From Candidatus Doudnabacteria bacterium (lineage in GTDB: Bacteria > Patescibacteriota > Doudnabacteria > UBA920): a DNA stretch of 64,000 bases. Both the position numbers and the translations under genes were made by a program. The DNA lies in NCBI GenBank assembly GCA_003151625.1, contig PLYC01000013.1, positions 29,210 to 93,209 of the forward strand, given 5' to 3'. Under the pieces are notes generated by a model that was not told the DNA's origin, did not search any database, and saw nothing but the letters and a program-made list of their open reading frames with translations. Shown here piece by piece: positions 1-9,205 of the stretch; within the stretch, counting starts at the first letter, position 1; every line of letters starts with the position of its first letter.

Positions 1-920
1 TCTTGTATAAATAATCTCATTCGAAATTTTGGAAATCTGCTGTAGAAAGATTGCCTAAGGCTTTGCGGCCGTGTTGAAAAACCGCCGAAACCGCGAACGC
101 CAACTCCGGTTCTGGACCAACCGCGACGGCCGTATGGAACAGTATTTGGAGAAGTCGCGGTGGCGCTTGTTCGGCTAACGCTAAAGCTAGCGCCGTCGTA
201 ACCCAGCGCCGATGGAGTTGCTAAAGTTTGCTGGCTGGTATTGACCATAGTCATAGATTGCGCGCTGGCCTGGGCGATGGTTAAGTTTTGGCCATTTTTT
301 ACCGTTGAACTGGAATTTATTTGTATTGTCCCAAAATTATCCAAAGGAATAAACGCGCCGCTCCCCTGGCTCGGCATTTCTTCTATCCACTCCGCGGAGT
401 TCATTAACGAAACGTAGGGCACAACAGTTTGAAAGTTTTGGCCGTTGGTATTGTTCCTAAGCGTAATTGCCCACTGATTTTGAGATTGTTCGCTAATGGT
501 CGCGGTAATTGAGTCTCCGGGGTTAACGGTAATTGATATCGGCTGCGAAAATCCCGGCAAAGCTTCGTACCAGGCTTGGTAAGATACTGCCGAACCATTG
601 GAATTTGTAATCGCCTGGGTTCCGGTTTGAATTAAATCGCTACTGCCTACCCCACCTATGCCCACCCAAGTGGCGTCACCGGTTAGTGATGAGGTAACAG
701 GAATTTGCGGGATTACCCAACTGCCCGTAACCGTGGTAAATGTTCCGCCCGTAGCCACATAGCCGACCCAGTTATATGAAGAGTTTATCCCAGCTCCGGA
801 ATTAGGCGCAGTAGATTGCGTGGTTTGGGCAAAAGCCGTATTTTGGCTAAGCATTAGCGGGGTTGCCAAAAGCAAGCTTATGATTAAAGCAGCATTTAAA
901 TTTTTTGGTTTAAATTTCAT
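1..920 (-). CDS. Secreted G1 (eqolisin/peptidase A4-like) glutamic peptidase, 3' end off window
   Basis: Manual translation (absent from ORF track): ATG at 920, signal peptide, SSYNWVGY, ATWVGIGG, LIQTGT, AWYE, SAEWIEE motifs; frame open to position 1. Confidence 0.8.
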   Translation of the reverse strand, partial: MKFKPKNLNAALIISLLLATPLMLSQNTAFAQTTQSTAPNSGAGINSSYNWVGYVATGGTFTTVTGSWVIPQIPVTSSLTGDATWVGIGGVGSSDLIQTGTQAITNSNGSAVSYQAWYEALPGFSQPISITVNPGDSITATISEQSQNQWAITLRNNTNGQNFQTVVPYVSLMNSAEWIEEMPSQGSGAFIPLDNFGTIQINSSSTVKNGQNLTIAQASAQSMTMVNTSQQTLATPSALGYDGASFSVSRTSATATSPNTVPYGRRGWSRTGVGVRGFGGFSTRPQSLRQSFYSRFPKFRMRLFIQ

Positions 921-1089
921 AGTTAGGTGAAATCCTTGTACCAGTTTATACGTAACTGGCTAAAAAATTGTTTCACTTTTTTTATGGCTTAAGTTGGAAC
1001 AAAAATTAATTTCAAAGGCTTTCATAAAAAAAACTTTTTTGCTATAATAGCAATCTAAACAATTATTTAAGTATTAAAGGAGAACAACT

Positions 1090-1374
1090 ATGATTGTCAT
1101 ACGTGAAGTGTTTGTTGCCAAACCGGGTATGGCCGGTAAAATGGCAAAAATGATGAAAAGTGTAATGCAGGGAATGCCCAATTTTCAGGGGAGAGTACTT
1201 ACTGATATGACCGGGCAATTTAACCGAGTTGTGCTTGAGACCGAATTAGAAAATCTTTCGGCCTTTGAACAACGAATGAAAGATTACGCCCAAAATGCGA
1301 GTTTGCGAGAAAAAATGTCCGGCTATGCCGAAATGTACAAAACCGGCAAGCGCGAGATTTTTCAAATTATATAG
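1090..1374 (+). CDS. Small dimeric alpha-beta barrel (NIPSNAP-like) protein
   Basis: 94 aa ORF, AAGGAG SD, IREVFVAKPG...GKREIF pattern. Confidence 0.55.
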   Translation: MIVIREVFVAKPGMAGKMAKMMKSVMQGMPNFQGRVLTDMTGQFNRVVLETELENLSAFEQRMKDYAQNASLREKMSGYAEMYKTGKREIFQII

Positions 1375-1535
1375 GTTTCTCAACCAAAAAATCGTCCATG
1401 GAAATTTGGGCGGTTTTTTGGTATAATGGATCAAACCCGCCAAAATTTTGCGTCGGCTGGTTTTTAAATCTTGTTATTGAATTAGTTCGAATATTTATAT
1501 TTGCCCATTGGTTTGGGCAAAATTTAGGCGGGTAA

Positions 1536-2021
1536 ATGAAGCTTAAGGAAAAATATTGGCACGAATTTTTTGTAATAAGCATTTGTATTAAAACCCTAAC
1601 CGGCTTGGTGGAGACGGTTAGCGGGTTTTTACTTTTATGGATGAGCCCGGCCGCTTTGACTTTAGTGTTAAACAGATTTTCCCGTGGAGAGCAGATGGAA
1701 GATCCGCAGGACTTTTTTTTAATTTACGCGCATCAATATCTGCAGCATTTGACTTCAGGAACAAAAGTTTTTGCCGGTTTATACATTTTATCGCACGGAC
1801 TTATAAATTTGGTTCTGGTCGCCGGGTTAATTAAAGAAAAAACCTGGGCTTATTTGGTGGCCATTGGGGTTTTAATTTCCTTTATGACTTATCAGATTTT
1901 TAGGGTTGCTATGAATCATTCTTTGCCACTCGCGGTGTTAACTGTATTTGACGCATTTTTCGTGGTGATTATTTGGCACGAGTATAATTATTTAACCTCA
2001 AAATTGGCAAACTCTAAGTAG
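1536..2021 (+). CDS. DUF2127-like membrane protein
   Basis: Hydrophobic helices, GLVETVSG and YILSHGLINL motifs. Confidence 0.7.
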   Translation: MKLKEKYWHEFFVISICIKTLTGLVETVSGFLLLWMSPAALTLVLNRFSRGEQMEDPQDFFLIYAHQYLQHLTSGTKVFAGLYILSHGLINLVLVAGLIKEKTWAYLVAIGVLISFMTYQIFRVAMNHSLPLAVLTVFDAFFVVIIWHEYNYLTSKLANSK

Positions 2022-2119
2022 TTTTTATACAATGGTGCCCATTGTATCGAGTTACGCCATCGCCACAAATCAAAATTTTTGGTATAATCTTTAAGTATTA
2101 ATACATTAAGAAAAAAATA

Positions 2120-3370
2120 ATGCACAAAGTTAAAGACATAAAATTGGCGCCACAGGGCAAGCTTAAAATTGCCTGGGCCGAAGGAGAAATGCCGGTACTG
2201 GAAATTATAAAAAAAGAATTTGCCAAAACCAAACCGTTTAAAGAGTTGACTCTGGCTGCGTGTTTGCACGTAACCAAAGAGACCGCCGTGCTTATGAAAG
2301 TTTTGGCGGCCGGAGGAGCTAAGATCGCTTTGTGCGGCAGTAATCCCCTTTCCACCCAAGACGACGTGGCCGCGGCTTTGGTTTCCGAGGGCATAAATGT
2401 TTTTGCCTGGAAGCATATTTCCAACGCCGACTATTACAAATGTTTAAACCAGCTTTTGGATTTTAAACCCCAGCTTACAATTGATGATGGCGCGGATGTA
2501 ATTTCGCTTATCCATTCCGACCGCCCCGAGCAGTTAAAAACCGTTTGGGCCGGCCAGGAAGAGACCACTACCGGAGTTATCCGCCTAAAAGCCATGGCTA
2601 AAGATGGTGCGCTGAAGTATCCGGTTGTGGCGGTAAACGACACGCCGACCAAACATATGTTCGACAACTATTACGGCACTGGGCAGTCAACCTTGGACGC
2701 GCTGATGAGAGTTTCCAATATTTTACTGCCAGGCAAGTGCGTGGTGGTTGTAGGCTACGGTTATTGCGGCAAAGGCATAGCGCTAAGGGCACGCGGCCTT
2801 GGAGCCAGGGTGATTGTGACGGAAGTTGATTCCCTGCCCGGACTTCAGGCCGTTATGGACGGTTTCGAGGTAATGCCTATGAACCGCGCGGCTAGAATCG
2901 GCGACGTATTTTTAACCGCAACAGGAGATAAGGACGTTATAACCGTCCAGCACCTTAAACTGATGAAGAATGGGGTAATTTTAGGCAATAGCGGTCACTT
3001 TAACGTGGAAATCAATGTGCCGGATTTGGAAAAGCTGTCTTCCACAAAAAGGATTATGCGCGATGAATTGGTGGAATATAAGCTCAAAGATGGACGCCGC
3101 ATACATTTAATCGCTGAAGGCCGTCTTATGAATCTTGCCGCGGCCGAGGGGCATCCTTCTTCGGTAATGGATTTGTCGTTTGCGGATCAGGCCTTAACAG
3201 CGGTTTGGCTGGTCAAAAATCACAAAAATCTTTCGGCTAAAGTTTATGATGTTCCAGCTGAAATTGATGAGCGCGTGGCCAAATTAAAATTGGCCTCTAT
3301 GGGCGTGAAAATTGACACGCTTACTCCGGAGCAGAAAAAGTATCTGTCTTCATGGCAGGAAGGAACTTAG
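2120..3370 (+). CDS. ahcY: Adenosylhomocysteinase
   Basis: ACLHVTKETA, SNPLSTQDD, EETTTG, KHMFDNYYGTGQS, GYGYCGKG, GHPSSVMD motifs. Confidence 0.97.
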   Translation: MHKVKDIKLAPQGKLKIAWAEGEMPVLEIIKKEFAKTKPFKELTLAACLHVTKETAVLMKVLAAGGAKIALCGSNPLSTQDDVAAALVSEGINVFAWKHISNADYYKCLNQLLDFKPQLTIDDGADVISLIHSDRPEQLKTVWAGQEETTTGVIRLKAMAKDGALKYPVVAVNDTPTKHMFDNYYGTGQSTLDALMRVSNILLPGKCVVVVGYGYCGKGIALRARGLGARVIVTEVDSLPGLQAVMDGFEVMPMNRAARIGDVFLTATGDKDVITVQHLKLMKNGVILGNSGHFNVEINVPDLEKLSSTKRIMRDELVEYKLKDGRRIHLIAEGRLMNLAAAEGHPSSVMDLSFADQALTAVWLVKNHKNLSAKVYDVPAEIDERVAKLKLASMGVKIDTLTPEQKKYLSSWQEGT

Positions 3371-3400
3371 AATAGCTGATGTTATTTAAACTCCAAGCTG

Positions 3401-3580
3401 TGTCATCCCGACCGACCGAATGCATCTGCCTTTCGACTGGGCTCAAGGTACCCTGAGCGAAGCCGAATGGGTGAAGGAGCGGAGGAGCCCCTTAACGATT
3501 GTAATTCATCAAATTGTAAAAGTTAAGGGATTCCTCGACTCGCAAAAGTGCTTAGATAATTCTATTCGCTCGGAATGACA
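3401..3580. repeat. REP-like palindromic element with nested hairpins
   Basis: Ends TGTCATCCCGA...TCGGAATGACA; internal hairpins TTCGACTGGGCTCAAGGTACCCTGAGCGAAGCCGAA and CCCTTAAC/GTTAAGGG. Confidence 0.7.
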
Positions 3581-3638
3581 AACAATTGTTAATAATAAAT
3601 TATAGAATGATAAAGATCATCTGATTTTTTAAACAAAG

Positions 3639-4079
3639 ATGCATTGTTACAAAGCAGTCCTAATTAACTGTATGGACCCGCGCCTGCAGGGCGAAAACGA
3701 AATTAAAATTGCCACTGCCGCCGGCTTAAAGCAGGGCGAATACGAGGTGCTGGATTATGCCAGTCCCTCGCTTTGGATGACCAATCCGCACCAGCCCAGC
3801 CACACCGAAACCTTTTGGTGGGAGTTTGAAAATGTTTCCCTTCATGTGCACCATATTTCCAGCGTTGTTATAGTCGGTCACAGCAATTGCGGTGGCTTTG
3901 CATTAAAAGGCACGCCCCAAGAACCCGAAGCCGAAAAAGCCGCCATCGTCCAATCCCTAAAATCCGCGGCAGTTGTAATTAAGCAAAAATATCCCCATCT
4001 GGAAATCAAGCTGTTATTCGTAACTATCGGCCCGGAGCCTGAAGACGGCCTTCCCGAGATAAATCCGGAAATAATTTAG
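3639..4079 (+). CDS. Beta-carbonic-anhydrase-like protein
   Basis: CMDPR and GHSNCGG zinc-ligand motifs. Confidence 0.7.
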   Translation: MHCYKAVLINCMDPRLQGENEIKIATAAGLKQGEYEVLDYASPSLWMTNPHQPSHTETFWWEFENVSLHVHHISSVVIVGHSNCGGFALKGTPQEPEAEKAAIVQSLKSAAVVIKQKYPHLEIKLLFVTIGPEPEDGLPEINPEII

Positions 4080-4130
4080 TCTTGTTAGCCTTCGAGTTCA
4101 CCACGCTTCGCGTGGCTTCACACAGCACAA

Positions 4131-4164
4131 AAAATCCCAAAGCTTGAAAGCTTTGGGATTTTTT
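4131..4164. terminator. Bidirectional intrinsic terminator
   Basis: AAAATCCCAAAGCTTGAAAGCTTTGGGATTTT hairpin between convergent genes. Confidence 0.7.
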
Positions 4165-4328
4165 GGTGGGCACTGTTTGACAAAGTTGGAATCGAAATAA
4201 TGCAATTGGGGCCGCCGTTCTTGCTAAATGAAGAGCGCACATCGTTGCCGGTTAGGGCGAACGTGTGCGCTCGGTTGTGCCGTTAGGCATGACTTGGTGG
4301 GTTGTGGCCGGCTCTCGCGCTCGGCCGT

Positions 4329-4541
4329 TTAGCTGGCGCATATGGCGTGGAAAGTGCGGACGAACGCCCAGCCGAAGCATGAGCTGACCGCCAGCACGGC
4401 CATCCACGCAGGTAGCGTGGCGCGCTTTTCCCGTGGGATAAACCAGCAACAGGTTTTCATCCCCATGAGAAGCGAAATGACAACTAGAAACGCAATCGCG
4501 ATTGCGGCGTCGACAGAGTTAACAGCGTTGATGAGGTGCAT
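4329..4541 (-). CDS. Small hypothetical membrane protein
   Basis: 70 aa, two hydrophobic segments, GAAAGGA SD, follows the 4552 ORF. Confidence 0.45.
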   Translation of the reverse strand: MHLINAVNSVDAAIAIAFLVVISLLMGMKTCCWFIPREKRATLPAWMAVLAVSSCFGWAFVRTFHAICAS

Positions 4542-4551
4542 GTTTTCCTTT

Positions 4552-4854
4552 CTACTTCAGGTATGTGTAAGTCAGCCAGCTATGGACTGACACTTGGTCG
4601 TTGCCGGTGGACTCGGAGATGATGCGGTCAATCTCTTTCCGCATGATTTCCAGAACTCTCTCGTGGGGGTAGTGAGCGCGGAGTAAAGCGTAGGCTCCAA
4701 ACAGCCGGTCTTGAAGCTCTTCGGGAGTTGGGTAGCCTATAAGCGTGATTAGCGTGTTGGGCGGCTGAAGGTTCAGCAAATCGTCAACTATCTTTTGCAG
4801 ACCGGTTGACACATTTAACTGAATTTTCTCCCAAGTCGTTTGCGTATTGACCAT
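4552..4854 (-). CDS. Hypothetical protein
   Basis: 100 aa ORF with GGAGGT SD. Confidence 0.55.
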   Translation of the reverse strand: MVNTQTTWEKIQLNVSTGLQKIVDDLLNLQPPNTLITLIGYPTPEELQDRLFGAYALLRAHYPHERVLEIMRKEIDRIISESTGNDQVSVHSWLTYTYLK

Positions 4855-5121
4855 TCGACCTCCGTTTTGTCCCTAACTTCAGGACACTCAATACTATCAG
4901 GAAAATACAGAAAAGTCCAACGCACCAAACTCAAATTTGGCTTTTCCCTTTATTTGGAGCATAATTTAGTTATGCGGCCAAATATTGGACAAATAAAAAA
5001 TGAATTGGACGAGCTTTTTAAAGCCGTTTTAGAGAAACCGGCTGGTCTTGATTTTTGAAAACTATTTTTACCTTGAATCAAAATCCGCTGCTTAATTAGT
5101 AACGGATTTTGTTAAATGGGA

Positions 5122-5388
5122 TTATTGAATTAAAAAATTTTTGAGCATTTGTCTTAGAACGGTTTTGCCTTTGGTAGTTTTAAAATATCGTTCACGTTTT
5201 AATGCATCAAATTTATTTGGAAAAGCTTCGTAAAAAACTAGCTCCAAAGGTCTACGATTCTTTGTTGATAAGTTTTTCCCTGAATTATGATCTTTAACCC
5301 TTTGCCTCAAATCTTCTGAGTAACCAATATAAAACAGCCCATCTTTAAGGCTGCGGAGTACGTATACATAATGGAATTTTATTGGCAT
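5122..5388 (-). CDS. Standalone GIY-YIG nuclease
   Basis: YVYVLRS...FYIGYS..LRQR...HN, LVFYE, ALKRERYFK; probable start 5388. Confidence 0.9.
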   Translation of the reverse strand: MPIKFHYVYVLRSLKDGLFYIGYSEDLRQRVKDHNSGKNLSTKNRRPLELVFYEAFPNKFDALKRERYFKTTKGKTVLRQMLKNFLIQ

Positions 5389-5549
5389 TTTTTTTGTTTT
5401 AGAGAGATTCTGGCCCTGAACCACTCAGGCCTAAAGGCCTTCGGGTACAGGGCATGAACCAGTCGCACATACGACGACGCTCACATTAGACTTTTTCTAG
5501 ATCGTGGCAGCGCCATGAACCGGAGCGAATCTGATGAGCGACTGGTTCA

Positions 5550-5636
5550 TGGTGGGCAGGATAGGATTCGAACCTATGAAGACGTAAAGTCAACTGATTT
5601 ACAGTCAGTCCCCGTTGACCGCTTGGGTACCTGCCC
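5550..5636 (-). tRNA. tRNA-Tyr (GTA)
   Basis: GGGCAGG acceptor stem, CTGTAAA anticodon loop, long variable arm, GGTTCGAATCC T-loop, encoded CCA. Confidence 0.95.
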
Positions 5637-5708
5637 AGACATTTATTTGTTTGACTTTAGATATTTTATCAGCTTTTTAGGATTTTAACAAGGAGCGGGA
5701 GCGTTTTT

Positions 5709-5786
5709 TGTAGTGCGCTGATTTATCGGCAATGTAGTTGCTCGATTCATCGAGCCTTTGAGCCTGATAAATCAGACAGCTACATT
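5709..5786. repeat. GTAG-type REP cluster
   Basis: GTAGTGCGCTGATTTATCGGC, GTAGTTGCTCGATTCATCGAGC and inverted CTGATAAATCAGACAGCTAC. Confidence 0.65.
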
Positions 5787-5832
5787 TAGAGTAATCATCG
5801 TTTGCTCGTGAACGGGAATGCCACAATATCCA

Positions 5833-7680
5833 TCAAGCCTTTTCAAAGTTAACCCGAAGTGCGTTTAGGATTACGGCTACGTCCAGGAGTTCCTGGAGCA
5901 GGGCGCCATAAATAGGCTGAATGTAGCCGAGCGCGGCAATTATCATTAAGATAATGCTTACGCCAATGCCAATGAGTATGCTTTGTTTGGCAATTCTTAT
6001 GGTCCTTTTGGCAATTTTTAAGGCCATGCCGACGCGGGAGAGGTCGTCTTTGGTAATTACGATATCGGCGGATTCCGATGACGCGGTACTGCCGTGCCCG
6101 CCAATGGCGATGCTGACATCGGCCACGGCCAGAGCCGGCGCGTCGTTGACCCCATCCCCTACCATACAGACCGAACCGAATTCTTTTTTATGCTCTCGCA
6201 CTTCGTTGACCTTATCTGCCGGCAAACATTCTGCGTGGATGTCCGTAAGTCCCAATTGCCCGGCAATAATATCGGCCACATTTTTTTTGTCCCCCGTAAG
6301 CATAACTATTTTATCCAACCCCATTGTCTTCATTTCCGCAAACAGAGTTTTTATTTCCGGCCTGACGACATCGGAAAAAATTATCGCGCCAAGCAGCAGG
6401 TTTCCACTTCCCAAATAGACGGCAATTTTTCCCTGTTTTTGGATTTCTCCATGCTCGAAAATCCTCTGTTCGTTAAACACAACTCCCTGGTTTTGTAAAA
6501 AAGCAAGTTTGCCGAAAATATATTTTTGGCCGTTAATTTTACCCATAACTCCGTCGCCAAAAGTTTCTTCAAAATCCGTTGGGTATTCCAGCTTGACGTT
6601 TTTTTTGCCGGCTAAAATTCGCAGGGAGCGGGCTAAAATATGGGCGGAAAGTTGGTCTAAAGAAGCGGCCAATTCAAGGATTTTATCGTTTTTAAAAGCG
6701 GATTCAAAAGCTTTAACCTCGGACACCTCCGGGGTTCCAAGAGTTAATGTGCCGGTTTTATCAAAAATAAATGCCCTAACTTCGGCCAGCTTTTCCAGAG
6801 CGCCGCCGCTTTTAACAATAATTCCGCGGCTGGCCGAACGGCTGACACCGGACATAATAGCAATGGGCGTGGCCAGTATTAATGGGCACGGAGTAGCTAC
6901 AACCAAAACGGCTAAAAGACGGATTGGGTCATGAGCCAATTGCCAGGCGGCCGCGGCTAAAAGAAACGTTACGGCCGTAAACCAGACACTGTAGCGGTCG
7001 GCTAAGCGTACCACTGGCGCGCGGCTTTCACTGGCCTGCTTAACCAATTGGATGATTTTTTCGTAAGTGCTTTCTTTGCTGGTCCTTATGGCTTTTATTT
7101 CCAGAGCGCCGTCTTGGCTTACGCTGCCGCTGTAAATTTGCCTGCCCGGCCGTTTTTGTGAAGGGAGAGGCTCGCCGGTAATTGCCGATTCATCCACATT
7201 ACCGGTGCCCAATACCACAAGTCCGTCGGCCGGCACAACCTCGCCGGGTTTTACCACAAAAACATCTCCAGGCTTAAGTTCTGACGCCGGGATATCTTTT
7301 AAATTACCGCTGGTTTTTAAATGTGCCAGGCTTGGCAAATGAGAAAGCAACGCCGTTAATTCGCGGCGTGCCCTTTGTAGCGCGTAAATTTCGAGCCCCT
7401 CGCCCCCGGACAACATTAATAAAATTACCGCTCCGGCCAAATATTGTTTCAAAAAAAATGACGCCAGAATTGCCGTAATAGCAATTACATCAACGCCATA
7501 GTGCCCGGCAAATATATCTTTAAACATCCGATAGAACAGAGGTATGGTGCCTAAAATTAGAATAACTTTTAGCGTGGTTTCGGCAAAAATCAAAAATCCT
7601 GCTAAGTAAAAAATTAAAGATAAAAGTAGCCCAGTCAACACGGAAAATGGAATTAAATAATGCTGGGATTTATCGTTCAT
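5833..7680 (-). CDS. Heavy-metal P-type ATPase, P1B-5-like
   Basis: TGEP, TPCP, DKTGT, GDGVND, QELLD motifs; no N-terminal metal-binding domain. Confidence 0.92.
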   Translation of the reverse strand: MNDKSQHYLIPFSVLTGLLLSLIFYLAGFLIFAETTLKVILILGTIPLFYRMFKDIFAGHYGVDVIAITAILASFFLKQYLAGAVILLMLSGGEGLEIYALQRARRELTALLSHLPSLAHLKTSGNLKDIPASELKPGDVFVVKPGEVVPADGLVVLGTGNVDESAITGEPLPSQKRPGRQIYSGSVSQDGALEIKAIRTSKESTYEKIIQLVKQASESRAPVVRLADRYSVWFTAVTFLLAAAAWQLAHDPIRLLAVLVVATPCPLILATPIAIMSGVSRSASRGIIVKSGGALEKLAEVRAFIFDKTGTLTLGTPEVSEVKAFESAFKNDKILELAASLDQLSAHILARSLRILAGKKNVKLEYPTDFEETFGDGVMGKINGQKYIFGKLAFLQNQGVVFNEQRIFEHGEIQKQGKIAVYLGSGNLLLGAIIFSDVVRPEIKTLFAEMKTMGLDKIVMLTGDKKNVADIIAGQLGLTDIHAECLPADKVNEVREHKKEFGSVCMVGDGVNDAPALAVADVSIAIGGHGSTASSESADIVITKDDLSRVGMALKIAKRTIRIAKQSILIGIGVSIILMIIAALGYIQPIYGALLQELLDVAVILNALRVNFEKA

Positions 7681-7832
7681 TATTATATTTTAGCACAATT
7701 ATTAACTATAAAAAAACCGCTTCCGAAGCGATTTGTAATAGACACGTGTCTTATATAGCCAACTGATATTTAAGCATCTGATGTCAATTATCTAATGCCT
7801 TACTATTGGCAGAAGGTTCCCGTCGGACTATG

Positions 7833-8480
7833 TTATTTATGATGGAAAAAGAACTCATAATCTTTTTTAAAAAAGTATTTTGCCATGTTAAAAATCCCGT
7901 AGGTAATAAAAAAGGCGGAAAAGACGTCTATGGAATAATGCAAATGTCCGAGTAAAACGGCTCCGCCAAAAAATACCGAAGCAGCCAGGAACAGCACCCG
8001 TAAATATTTATTATTCCAAAAAATTAATGCCATTAAAAATGGAAATCCGGTGTGGCCGGAAAAAAACAAATCATCTCCCGATCCGGAAAGGAGTTTTTCA
8101 AAAAAGCTGACCGAATTTACATTAATTGTATGGAGCGGCGGCGCCAGGTGCGTGAGTGTAATAAAAATGGCTCGGGTAAAAATAAATAAAGCGGAAGCTT
8201 TAAGAACAAAAGGAATGCGGCTGGGCTTGTGGAGACATAAAATAACCACCAGGCCGATAAAAATCATAAAGCCTTCCAGAAAGATAACGCCGACATTTTT
8301 TGAAGGGATATTGTCCAAAATAATGTCGCTGACATAGTTGCTGTAATGGATGGCTGTGTATTTTTGCGCAAAGTAGTTAAAAAACAGGCTGATGAAAAAT
8401 AAAAAAATCCCTGTAACTAATTGCAGGTAAAAAACTTTGTGGGATTTTAGCGACACATACCTTTCGAATGTTTTGTTCAT
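7833..8480 (-). CDS. PAP2/sphingomyelin-synthase-like membrane phosphotransferase
   Basis: DLFFSGHT and HYSIDV motifs, multiple TM helices. Confidence 0.8.
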   Translation of the reverse strand: MNKTFERYVSLKSHKVFYLQLVTGIFLFFISLFFNYFAQKYTAIHYSNYVSDIILDNIPSKNVGVIFLEGFMIFIGLVVILCLHKPSRIPFVLKASALFIFTRAIFITLTHLAPPLHTINVNSVSFFEKLLSGSGDDLFFSGHTGFPFLMALIFWNNKYLRVLFLAASVFFGGAVLLGHLHYSIDVFSAFFITYGIFNMAKYFFKKDYEFFFHHK

Positions 8481-8577
8481 TTTGTGGGAATGATTGTCTC
8501 TACATTATAGCATAAAATATAGCATAAAACAATATCCCGCCTCAAATAAGAGGCGGGACATTACAACTGTTTTTCCT

Positions 8578-9021
8578 TTATTGTCCGGGTATTCCGGGTG
8601 GTGTTCCGGGTGGTGTGGAGCTTGCGGTTCTGATTTGCACGTTTTGGGCTGTTAAGCTGCCGTCTGAGTTTGCACTGCCGGTAACAACTATTTGATTGCC
8701 CACTATTATGTCGTCGGCGGTTCCCCCGACAGTTTTGTTAATGCTGGTTGAGCCGGAGTATAAAACAATCTTTGAGCTGCCGTTTTGCATTTTTACGGTA
8801 AAGCTCTGGGCGTCCTTACTCAATACTACGCCGTTAATAAATTGGCTGCCTGCTGCCGCTCCTGCGCGTCCGGCCCCCCCAAAGGCCTGGCCTCTTTGCC
8901 CGGCCGCTCCAGCCGCCCTAACAGGTGTTTTGCTTTGCGCGTACTTCATTCCGCCAAAAAATCCACCCCCGGCAAAAACTATTGCCACAACTACTAATGT
9001 AACCCATTGTTTGGTGTTCAT
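8578..9021 (-). CDS. Membrane-anchored DUF5666-like OB-fold protein
   Basis: N-terminal TM GGGFFGGMKY, Gly-rich linker, G..NSDGSLTAQNVQI. Confidence 0.7.
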   Translation of the reverse strand: MNTKQWVTLVVVAIVFAGGGFFGGMKYAQSKTPVRAAGAAGQRGQAFGGAGRAGAAAGSQFINGVVLSKDAQSFTVKMQNGSSKIVLYSGSTSINKTVGGTADDIIVGNQIVVTGSANSDGSLTAQNVQIRTASSTPPGTPPGIPGQ

Positions 9022-9061
9022 ATTCTTTTAGTTAATTATTTGCTTAAACCAAATTAGTTAT

Positions 9062-9203
9062 AAATTCGAAGCACGAAATCCGAAATCCGAAACGAATTCA
9101 AATATCAAAATTTTAAATTCAAATCCCCCAGATGTTCCTGTTTAGATATTAAATATTCAAGTTTTGATATTGTTTCGGCTTTCGATATTCGATATTCGAA
9201 TTT
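9062..9203. repeat. Heptamer-periodic imperfect palindrome inside operon
   Basis: AAATTCGAAGCACGAAATCCGAAATCCGAAAC ... GTTTCGGCTTTCGATATTCGATATTCGAATTT. Confidence 0.7.
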
Positions 9204-9205
9204 TA

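Noticed and set aside
7708-7832. Metal riboswitch upstream of the P1B ATPase
   Set aside because: Some pairing and a terminator are present, but I could not match yybP-ykoY, NiCo or fluoride consensus; the ATPase appears to have its own -10 next to the ATG.
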